From assembly GCA_043228905.1 (NCBI GenBank), contig JBHGNT010000004.1, positions 13,764,001 to 13,828,000 of the forward strand: 64,000 bases of DNA, in the 5' to 3' direction. The stretch comes from Azolla caroliniana (lineage: Eukaryota; Plantae; Polypodiophyta). Shown in pieces: positions 50,214-60,182 of the stretch (the stretch's first letter is position 1; every line of letters begins with the position of its first letter). The position numbers and the translations under genes were made by a program. Under the pieces are notes generated by a model that did no database searches, was not told the DNA's origin, and saw only the letters and a program-made list of their open reading frames with translations.

Positions 50214-51787
50214 TTAGAGAATGTGCTAAACATCTGATCTATATGATCATGTGTGTGGCCAACCAAAAGAAAATTGACTTTCACTTTCCTAAACAATCCT
50301 TGATTGACCAACATACTTAGATAGCCAAACACAATTGAATTTTTGTTCTCTCTAGCAGTATTGTCCAATTGAATGTATAGAACAGGGGGGAAAGGTTGGC
50401 CCCAAGACATCATAACTCGGTGAATCATTGTAACTCTTAGGTTACGGTCATTGTGAACATTGGGGTATGTAATGAAGACGTGAGATCCAACAGACCTATT
50501 ATAAGCTAAGCATCCCACCAAGTGCATTTGAACAAGGCACTCATCATTGACGTCTTTGGGGAGCCTCCGCATATGCGGCAAGCACGTCTTCTTCTAGTCC
50601 ATGCCATCTGTCATTAAGCACATGTATTGTTTAGGCCTATTCAAACACTTCTCTCTATGATGCATCACCTTCTTTTGTTCTAACGATTGTGCCTCACGAT
50701 GCTCTTGTAGTAACTTCTTACTCATATCCTTTTCCATTTATGTCTTTGCACCTTTAGTCAAACTTTTAAGATTTGCACAAATGGAGCAATACCCCATGCG
50801 TACTTTACGTGGAATGATAACATTTGAAAACCGAGCTCTCCATAATCTTGTGAATTGGCTATATGTAACAGACTTATTACGTGAGCCCACCATATAAGAT
50901 CGATAGACATCATAAACTTCCCGACGTGTGTACTTATCAGAAAGGTGCATCCTACCTGTAGTGGGCATTACTTTGCAATTTAACTGAAAGTAAGTTTTCA
51001 TTCAACCAATAGCATGTCTTCTTATTGCACCTTTCATACTTGGAACCTCTTTACAATTGAGCATCTGATCCCCGCTAAGTAGACGTTGTTGTACTCTATG
51101 TAGCCGCATGTTACTAACACATAACGCAATTTTGAATGCAACTCTACATATCTATTGCGCATGGAAGATATAATACTCGAATGATACTTTGATCCCCGTA
51201 CATTTGTCAAACACTAGTTGCATATGGGACCCGAGGTAAGTGTCTTGCTCATCACCAGTCATCGAAAAATAGCATCGCCTTAATTCTCGCAACTTTGATT
51301 TTCCAATCATAGACATACAACCACGAGCACAACATATATTTTTGACATCAAATCCAATTTGTTTATCTGATGTCACCAAGTTAAATCTAGCCAGACGAAT
51401 TCTTCGTGGGATTCTTCTAATATGCATAGGGCTTCCAAATTTCTCTTCCTACATAGAACTTGGTGTAACCTTGTTACTATCCAATTCTTTGTTGTGACCA
51501 TCGCCCATGATATTCGATGTTTCATTGGCACTACCTTCATTCTTCGTATCTTTATTAATATCGTATTCTTCAATAGAGAACTCTTCACATGTGTCTTTAT
51601 TGACATTCGTTGTAGGTGAAGATGAGCTCAGACAATACTCTTCAATAGAATATGGTGAGTTTGTAGACAAACAATATTCTTCAATAGAAAATGGTGAGTC
51701 TGTCGACAAACAATATTCTTCGGTAGAAAACGAAGAGTCTGATGACAAACAATATTCTTCAATCGAGAACGGTGAATCTTCACTCAT
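50213..51787 (-). pseudogene. Sola1-type DDE DNA transposase, C-terminally truncated
   Basis: Pieces in order: CCARGC..RRCYF..QDTYL..ICRVAF; FTRLWRARF..P..CSIC; CLMTDGMD*KKTCLP; LYIQLDNTARENKN; FLLVGHTHDHIDQMFS. Confidence 0.8.
51630..51785 (-). repeat. Four 39-bp in-frame repeats (~DSPFSIEEYCLSS) at the transposase N-terminus
   Basis: Seen in the translation of ORF 51449-51787. Confidence 0.85.
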
Positions 51788-51950
51788 GGCTTAAGGTCTA
51801 GGCAGAGCTCTTTAAGTTATGTGCTTAGGCTAAGGAAAACAACTAATAAGCTCCTGTCTAAACATAAACTCCTCTCAAAACATAAACTCCTCTCAAAACA
51901 GAATCTCCCTCAATATAATGTCTATAATATTTAATATTATATTAATACAG

Positions 51951-53046
51951 TACATAAAAGATATTACGAGAGATCTTTACTACAATGTGGTTTGCGGCGA
52001 TGTCGTTGACATGATCCAAAAAGTGCCAATGAAGGAATATATGCTAATGATTGCTGATATTCCTTACGGATTTCGAATGGCAGGGTCATCATACGACGAT
52101 GACCTGTTTAGGTTTAAACTGTTGGAGAAGATGGTCAAGGATATGTTGAGCTAACAACTGCATCCTTGTGGAGAATAGTTGTCTTTCATAGTATGGACCA
52201 AGGGTACTCAGTAGCTCAAGCTTTGAGATCTTGTTGCCATGGCATTGAAAACCTTGCATGGTAAGGATTATTTATAGGTCTCATTCACTACAATGCCTTT
52301 CTTAAGATTGTTCAATCTATTCTTAACTCGATGTAATATTTGTTATAGGATAAAAACCAATGTAAATAGAGGGCCAACCTTTCGATTCGTTAATGCCATT
52401 GAATACATCATGGTTGGCTACTTCGATGAAATTAAGAAACAAAGAATCAAGGAGCATTCTAATGAAGTGGGAGGTTCAAATCTACTAGTATAGCTAGCAA
52501 TGACACGGAAATTGCGACATGTCACCACGACAAAACGGGGACTTGTCAACCCATACCAAAAACCTCAACGACTTATGATGCGCTTGATCGAGATGTTTTC
52601 TGTCGAAGGAGACTAGATATAAGATCTTTTTTCTGGCATAGGTATTCCTCGAACTAGGGTAACGATCTTGAGATAAACAATACCAAATCTTTTTTGTTTG
52701 AGAACTAATTCTTCTTATTACTTTCTTCACAAGAACGACGTTTGCATGTGCATTGAAGCTCTTTAGAAACACATTTGCATTGGAGAAGGACGAGGAGCAG
52801 GTTATATTTATAAACATGAGGATTAAGGCTTTGTGGGAGTGCCCAGACCAGGACGAGGAGGTCAGTGCAAAGAACCTCGCTGATACAAAAAGGTTTCTAC
52901 CTGCTTCGCGAGAGCCTATTCCTCCGTTAGCTAGGGAACCGGGGGAGGTAATAGAGCTTGATGATGAGCTTATAGAAGATATTTCGTTGGCGGGGAACAG
53001 GGGAAGCCAATGCACGTATAGCCGAAGAGACTTCTACACAGGATGA
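51951..53046 (+). pseudogene. Intron-containing beta-class N6-adenine/N4-cytosine DNA methyltransferase pseudogene
   Basis: Exon 51951-52260 (VVCGDVVDMI..MIADIPYG..ENLAW); GT-AG intron 52261-52348; exon 52349-52641 (IKTN..AIEYIMVG..VNPYQKPQRLMMRLIEMFSVEGD*I*DLFSGIG); intron 52642-52732 with acceptor mutated to CAA; exon from 52733 (TTFACALKLFRNTFALEKDEEQVIFINMRI). One frameshift (~52141) and three stops. Confidence 0.85.
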
Positions 53047-54002
53047 TGAAGAAAATGACATTGATGAATTGATTGTTATGTAATAGACTCTATGAAGAAA
53101 ATGACATTGACGATATGTTTGGATTTCACATTATTAATACAAATTTTGGGTTTTACTTGGTGGATTCTATTCTTTATAATGTTCTATATGTTTCAATTTT
53201 ATTTTTATATACTTGGTTAGTAGACTTATGGCATTGGTTTCACCGCGTGCATAGCTGACTACCAAATTTATGGAGAAACATGAATTAGTTTAAATTGAGG
53301 CTGATTTTTGGTCCAAGTTTACCTTAACATAACATGGTCGTAGAATTGTTGCCATGACTGTCCATGTTGTTATTATGGATCTTTGTCTTCTGTTGTTAAA
53401 ACTATTATGTTTCTATTCCATTGTTGCTTAGATTGTGTAGTGTGTTCATAATGGTTCCACTAGCGTTATCCGCACGTGTAGTGTCTTACATTGTCCACAA
53501 TTATATACATATGGTTTGATCCCATACGAACAAACTGAGGAATAGATTAGATCAACTTAAAATACAAGTATTGAATACTTTAATAAGTTAGTTATTCCAA
53601 TCACATTATCCTAAAGTGCACTATCCTACATTGTCCACAATTATATACATGCACGTATGGGTCAAAGTATAAATTATAACTCATTTTATTAGTATGGATA
53701 CAAGTACACCTTTATATTTTTGTAAAACTTACCAAATTAATATAAGTCGTTAACTTAGTGTTTCCCATGTCGCACATTAGTGACATATTGAGCCATTAAC
53801 TTATCAACACGTCCAAGTTTGCATGATTTCTAATGATCTCCACTTGTAGACCTATCATGTATTTTTATATTTGCAAATTCTAATCAAGTTATGGAACATG
53901 TGATACTAGTGCATCTAATTTTTGTAGAGAGGGTGTATTTGGATAGTTTCAAGAAGATTCTACAAGTGGAATGCGCAATCCTTCCACTTGTGAACGCGAA
54001 CG

Positions 54003-54436
54003 TGTTTATGCATTAATGTTGGCATGTGATCTATCATTGATGAATGTGTTTAAACTTGGTTCTCTATCTCCGGAATCATACCACAAGCCATTGTACTTAG
54101 ATCTTGGCAAAGTTTTAATTATGGGAGATTTCAATGCAAGAGTTGGAAATTTCCAAAATGTGGAGACATTTGAAGAAAATGTGGTAGAACATTGTCTATT
54201 GCGTGACTTAGAGGATTGTGTCATGTTAGATTATGGAAAACTTTTGATACATATGTTAAATTGCACAAATTTGATTATCCTAAATGGTATAAAGGCATTC
54301 CCATTCACAAATGTGCTCACATGTTTACCATCTTCGGGTGGAGGAAGTGTGGTTGATTATGCATTAATGTTGGTATGTGATCTATCATTGGTGAATGTGT
54401 TTAAAGTTGGTTTTCTATCTCCGGACTCAGACCACA
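54003..54436 (+). pseudogene. LINE endonuclease, 3' piece with an internal ~354-bp tandem duplication
   Basis: IMGDFNARVG, LIILNG, SVVDYAL and SDH motifs. 54100-54270 repeats 50045-50212, and 54003-54085 repeats 54357-54436. Confidence 0.85.
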
Positions 54437-54944
54437 TCAAGCAATACGAAGAAGCCTTCATTTACTCCTCAACAGTTCTCGGGAAGGGATAAGCAACGCA
54501 ACCACGAGTTTGTGAGCAGTTGGATAAACCGATGGAATGCTCACTTTCACCTCGAGAATATTCAAAATGACCCTGAAAAGATTGATATGGCGGTTCGTGA
54601 GATGATCGGTGCCGCAAACTCTTGGTGGGAGCGGTTGGATAAAAAACTGGGAACGTGGGAGGCATTTGAAAAGACTCTCAGGATGGAATTTGTCCATCCC
54701 AAGACGACTTCTCAAGTGATACAAGATATGTGTCACTTGTCTGATAAGGGCAAGACTATTGACCGATTCAATCAATATTTCCGCGACTTGATAACAAAGC
54801 ATGGACTTTTGTCGGCTTCTAATGAGGAAATACTGATAGGATTATATATTAATAGTTTCCATAATAAAGATTTTCATTATGAGATCCACGGTCATCAACC
54901 CAAGACTTTGGGAGAAGCGATGGAACGTGCCCGCATTCTATTTG
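54432..54944 (+). pseudogene. Gypsy gag fragment, inverted homologue of 61102-61611
   Basis: FSGRDKQRNHEFVSSWINRWNAHF...HQPKTLGEAMERAR. Confidence 0.85.
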
Positions 54945-57196
54945 ATATTGCGGTACAATAACCCATTCGCAACAAAGTAAAGGTTCTTTGGGGTAGATGT
55001 GGTTCCATAATCGACGTCAATACCTATTTTAGCTCTCTTCCAAAGCTTGGAAAATGTTCTGTCATCAAGGTATTTTTGTTTACCCCGGATCAAATCAAAT
55101 AAGTCGTTGTTAAATTCCATGAAACTTAGGGTATTAATTTCTAGTACACGACTTAGGGCATTTGCAATCGAATTGAAAGCCCCTTTTCGATATCTAATTT
55201 CGAAATCGAAATCTTGCATCAACTCTACCCATCTTGCCTTTCGACCCTCAAAATTCTTTTGAGAGAGGAAGTATTGCAAAGATTTGTGGTCCATTAAAAC
55301 AGTGAATTTACTACCATACAAATAATGTCGCCATTTCTTTAAGGCATAAATGATATCAAATAATTCTTTTTCTTGAACCGAATAATTTCTTTAGGCCGAA
55401 TCCAATTTTTTGCTTTCAAAAGCAATTGTTCTCCCAATTTGAAATAATGCAGCCCCAACAACATAATCACTTGCATTTGTCTCAACTTCAAATGTTTGAT
55501 TAGGATTAGGTATAGCTAAAGTAGGTGCATTCACAATTAATGACTTCAACATATTGAAGGTTTCTTCAAGAGAGGCATTCCACTCAATAGGTTTAGTGGA
55601 CTTTCTTGTAATACCCTTCAATAGGTCCGTAAATGGTGCAGTATAGGATGAGTAGTTTTGAAGAGATCTTCTTAGGAAATCCAACAAATCCTAAGAAAGA
55701 TTGTAGCTCCTTAACATTTGAAGGTTGTGGCCAATTTAATACAACATCTATCTTAGATTATTGATAGACACACCTAACCTAGATATGTGGTGTCCAAGAT
55801 ACGTAATTTTCTTTTCAAAGAAATCACATTTAGATAGTTTGGCAAATAGCTTGTATTCATGAAGCTTGTCCAAAACTATTTGGACATGACACACATGATC
55901 CTCAAATATGTGACTATATATCATGATTTCATCAAGGAATACGACCACGAAATCTCCTAATTGATCTCTGAATATATCATTCATCAATTGCTGGAATGTG
56001 GCTGGAGCATCAGTCAACCCAAATGGTAGAACCTAAAAACTCATAATGACCATAACGAGTTCGGAAAGCTGTTTTGGAAACATCTTCTTCCGAACCCCTG
56101 ATCTGATGATAGATAGTGTGCAAGTCTATCTTAGTAAAATATCTTGCACTTGGGATTCTATCTATCAAGCCATCAGAACGAGGCAAACGGTAGGAATTGC
56201 AAATGGTGAGATTATTGAAACCCTTGTAATTTACACACATTCGCCAAGTTCTATCCTTCTTCTTGGCCAAGATGACAAGAGCCCCATGGCGATTTGTTGT
56301 ACTAGATGTGTCCCATCCTCAAGTATTCCTTCATTTTTTGAGCAATTTCATCCTCTTCGGTTTGACTCAACCGATAAGGGGGTATGCTCACAGGTTTAGG
56401 GCCTGGAACCAAGTTTATCTTATGATCTATAGACCAAGAAGGAGGAAGTCCTTGAGGTAACTTATCTAGGAATATCTCCTTAAAATGAGACAAGATGTCA
56501 CGTTGTCGTGCCTTTCGGCTCCGGATCGTTGCGTGAGTCGGGTGGGAACCGCCGAGGTTTTGGACTAGGAGGAGGAAGAATTTGGGGCTAATCTAGTTAT
56601 GAATATGAATAGATTATAAGAAAGAGATATAGAAACTTGTGAATCCCACAAGTATAATTGTTTTAGTTTATCTAAATCGTAGTAATAAATTGAAATAATT
56701 TAGAATAGATTAGAGTAGATTGAGAAAAGAGATCAAACCTTGTGAATCCCACAAGTATTACATTAATCAATATTTATGTAAGAATATGAATTTAGATTGA
56801 AAGAGATAGATTATCTTAAACTTCGTGAATCCCACGAGTATATTTTATTGATTGTTGGTGTTTTAGGAAATATATCCAATTTCCCAAATATTTTTCACAC
56901 ACAATTACATTGTGCTCCCCATCCTTATGTAGTGATGGGAGAGACTAAGCATAGCTACATGCTTTTTTTCTAATATGTTCATGCACACTAAATGTGCATG
57001 TGATGCTTTTCTAATCCTTGCTTTTATTTGCTAAATATAGTGCTCATGCACGCTAGATGTGCATGAGTCACTTTTTAGTTGCTTGCGTTTTTCTATAAAA
57101 TATTCACGCACTCTAAAAATGCACGATTTACCTTTTAATAAAGGTAGGTGCAAATAAAGCACTTATAGTTATTAAATCTATTTATAGAACACTAAA

Positions 57197-57268
57197 GATA
57201 AGGTAGCATAATGGTACAGTTGAGGTTTGGCTACGTGGAGGTACAGGGTTCGAATCCTGCCCTATGCA
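57197..57268 (+). promoter_or_regulatory. tRNA-derived Pol III type-2 promoter (degenerate tDNA) inside the LTR
   Basis: A box TAGCATAATGG at 57204-57214 and B box GGTTCGAATCC at 57247-57257, with canonical tRNA spacing and a T4 run ~25 nt downstream. Confidence 0.72.
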
Positions 57269-57321
57269 CGTGATAAATATCTTGATATATTATTTTATTT
57301 ATTTATATGTAATTAAATCGG

Positions 57322-59379
57322 TTATATTATTTTTACTTTTTCACGTAGTGTACGAAATACACTACGACACTCGCCCCCTCCGAACCCGCACATCCTCCGG
57401 TATGTGCCGAAGTTGCCGATGCTCGTTGTCTCCCCTTCATCCTCCGTTTGTCCCGCTATGTCAACTTTGTCTCTCCATTTTGAGTAGACCCATTCTTTCC
57501 ACCCAAACCATTGTCGCCATCCGATCCACCATATTCTTTGTTCTCTCTCGTCATATTCTTGGCCCTTGTCATTCGTGGTAGTGTCTTTTACTGGCCTCTT
57601 TCTTGTCTTCATCAACCTTGACTTTTTTCCGGATCGCTCTTGTCCGATCGACTTTCGGTTTGATTGGCTTCCGATCGGATTCGTATTCGGCCGAATCGGA
57701 ATCGGTTGTTCGGTTTCGATTGAGTCGGTCTCCTTCCGGCCCGGTTTCGATCTATCGGTTTCGGTTTCGGTTGGCTTTCTTTTCCTCGTTTTCACCAGCC
57801 TCGACCGGTCCAACCTCCGATTGAGTCGGATTAGCTTCTTTCCGGATCGGTCTCGTCCGATCGGCTTTCGGCTAGGTCGGCTTCCATCCATATTCGCATT
57901 CGGCCAAGTCAGACTCGGTCGATCGGTTTTGACCAAGTCGACCCCTTTTCGGGTCGGCTTTCTTTCGGGTCGTCTTTCGGCCGAATCCTCATTCGCCCGG
58001 TTCGGCTTTCGTTTGTGTCGTCTTTCGGCCGAATTCTCTTCCTTTCGGTTCGGCTTTCTTTCGGGTCGACTTTCGGTCGAATCCTCTTTTACCCGGTTCG
58101 GCTTTCTTTCGGATCGGAATCCCGTCCGGATCACCTTCCATCCTAATTGGCTTCCGACTTTACCTTTCTTGCCGCCACCTCCCGTCTCTCCGGTCTCACG
58201 TTGCTTCTCAGACACAACCGCCGAAGTCTCTAGAATTAGTGGGTAGGAATCCTCGGTATTATCATCCTCCATTGTTTCACCCATAGCCATATTCTCGGCT
58301 ATCTCTCTATCGTATGCATCGACTTCGACCTTTGTTTTCTCTCCGCCACCTTCCGTCTCTTCGGTCTCACGTTGCCTTTCGAACGCAACCGCCGGAGTCT
58401 CTGGAATCAGTGGTGGGGAAGTCTCGATATGGCAATCCGCCATTGATTCGTCCATAGCCACCTCCGATTCGATTTCGTCTTTTGTGGCTACCTCCTTAAT
58501 CACATCCGCTTCACACTCTTTCACTGCATCAATTATGCTTACCCCTTTTTCACCCGATGTTTCGGACACTTGTATTCTGAAATCTTCTTCTACACTTGGG
58601 TTATCGGCCTTATCCTTCGTCGTTGTTCTTTCGCAAGACAAGAGGGTAGCTTGTTTTACACCCTCTTCCGTCGCACCATCATGTTGTATTTCGGCCTTCA
58701 TATCGGCTCCATCGTTTGTCTTCAATCGACCATCCTTCATCGGCCATGTCGTTGACAAGATTCTCATCTTCCTCTCATCATGTCTCCGGCATACCCTTTG
58801 GACTTCGGCCCAATCTTCAGTAAGACCATTCGTACCGTCATCGTCTTCGAGTTCGATCCCGATGTCCATCCTTTCTTTTCGATCGATCGATTTTACGAAC
58901 ATTAGGACTTTATCCTCCCCCACCAATCGTTGTTCTCGCTCCGAGAGCCGAGCAAAACGATTCTCGAACTCTAGGAATGCTTGTGTTGCACTTCGGTGGG
59001 TCTTCTCCGATGCCACCCATTCGTCAAATTGTCGCCGATCTTTTCCCTTCGATCTCTTGTAATCATATGCCTCTCGTAAAGCTTCTTCGAATGACCCCCA
59101 TGTCGAGTTTTGTTGCCGTATCTTGTGGATTCTCTCTTGTAGCTCATCCGTGGCCACCCGATTGAAGGATGTCACTTGCAATCCTTCCGGTATCCCACAT
59201 CGTATCATCTCCGCCTTGTAGTCACGTAGATAACGTGACACGTCCTTTCCATCGAATTGCCCGTTCTGTTGCACGAGCCGTTGTACTACTGTCGTGATCT
59301 CCGACATCTCGCGTTGTTCTTGTAGCATTCTCTCGAACATCATCATCATCATGTTCATCGCCTCTTGTTGATTCTCCAT
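57322..59379 (-). CDS. Gag-like protein (~685 aa): capsid-like N-terminus, acidic middle, Arg/Lys-rich repeat C-terminus
   Basis: Intact ORF; FDGKDVSRYLRDY...TWGSFEEALREAY is retrotransposon gag-like. Repeats such as ERKPNR/RKPIG replace a zinc knuckle; the stop codon lies inside the 3' LTR. Confidence 0.85.
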   Translation of the reverse strand: MENQQEAMNMMMMMFERMLQEQREMSEITTVVQRLVQQNGQFDGKDVSRYLRDYKAEMIRCGIPEGLQVTSFNRVATDELQERIHKIRQQNSTWGSFEEALREAYDYKRSKGKDRRQFDEWVASEKTHRSATQAFLEFENRFARLSEREQRLVGEDKVLMFVKSIDRKERMDIGIELEDDDGTNGLTEDWAEVQRVCRRHDERKMRILSTTWPMKDGRLKTNDGADMKAEIQHDGATEEGVKQATLLSCERTTTKDKADNPSVEEDFRIQVSETSGEKGVSIIDAVKECEADVIKEVATKDEIESEVAMDESMADCHIETSPPLIPETPAVAFERQRETEETEGGGEKTKVEVDAYDREIAENMAMGETMEDDNTEDSYPLILETSAVVSEKQRETGETGGGGKKGKVGSQLGWKVIRTGFRSERKPNRVKEDSTESRPERKPNRKEENSAERRHKRKPNRANEDSAERRPERKPTRKGVDLVKTDRPSLTWPNANMDGSRPSRKPIGRDRSGKKLIRLNRRLDRSRLVKTRKRKPTETETDRSKPGRKETDSIETEQPIPIRPNTNPIGSQSNRKSIGQERSGKKSRLMKTRKRPVKDTTTNDKGQEYDEREQRIWWIGWRQWFGWKEWVYSKWRDKVDIAGQTEDEGETTSIGNFGTYRRMCGFGGGECRSVFRTLREKVKII

Positions 59380-60110
59380 CTCCTTGCCACCCGCCTTCAC
59401 GTCGGGTTCACCAACTGTGTCGTGCCTTTCGGCTCCGGATCGTTGCGTGAGTCGGGTGGGAACCGCCGAGGTTTTGGACTAGGAGGAGGAAGAATTTGAG
59501 GCTAATCTAGTTATGAATATGAATAGATTATAAGAAAGAGATATAGAAACTTGTGAATCCCACAAGTATAATTGTTTTAGTTTATCTAAATCGTAGTAAT
59601 AAATTGAAATAATTTAGAATAGATTAGAGTAGATTGAGAAAAGAGATCAAACCTTGTGAATCCCACAAGTATTACATTAATCAATATTTATGTAAGAATA
59701 TGAATTTAGATTGAAAGAGATAGATTATCTTAAACTTCGTGAATCCCACGAGTATATTTTATTGATTGTTGGTGTTTTAGGAAATATATCCAATTTCCCA
59801 AATATTTTTCACACACAATTACATTGTGCTCCCCATCCTTATGTAGTGATGGGAGAGACTAAGCATAGCTACATGCTTTTTTTCTAATATGTTCATGCAC
59901 ACTAAATGTGCATGTGATGCTTTTCTAATCCTTGCTTTTATTTGCTAAATATAGTGCTCATGCACGCTAGATGTGCATGAGTCACTTTTTAGTTGCTTGC
60001 GTTTTTCTATAAAATATTCACGCACTCTAAAAATGCACGATTTACCTTTTAATAAAGGTAGGTGCAAATAAAGCACTTATAGTTATTAAATCTATTTATA
60101 GAACACTAAA

Positions 60111-60182
60111 GATAAGGTAGCATAATGGTACAGTTGAGGTTTGGCTACGTGGAGGTACAGGGTTCGAATCCTGCCCTATGCA
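60111..60182 (+). promoter_or_regulatory. Second copy of the tRNA-derived Pol III promoter (other LTR)
   Basis: Identical to 57197-57268. Confidence 0.72.

Noticed and set aside
49470-50581. ORFs 49470-50237 and 49973-50581 as single genes
   Set aside because: Each reads across a junction between unrelated elements (LTR/LINE and Sola/LINE), so they are chimeric artefacts.
51918-53046. Bacterial contamination as the source of the methyltransferase
   Set aside because: The gene has spliceosomal introns, is pseudogenised and is embedded among plant TEs.
57197-57268. Functional tRNA gene
   Set aside because: The D and anticodon stems do not pair and the acceptor stem is imperfect; only the promoter boxes and spacing remain.
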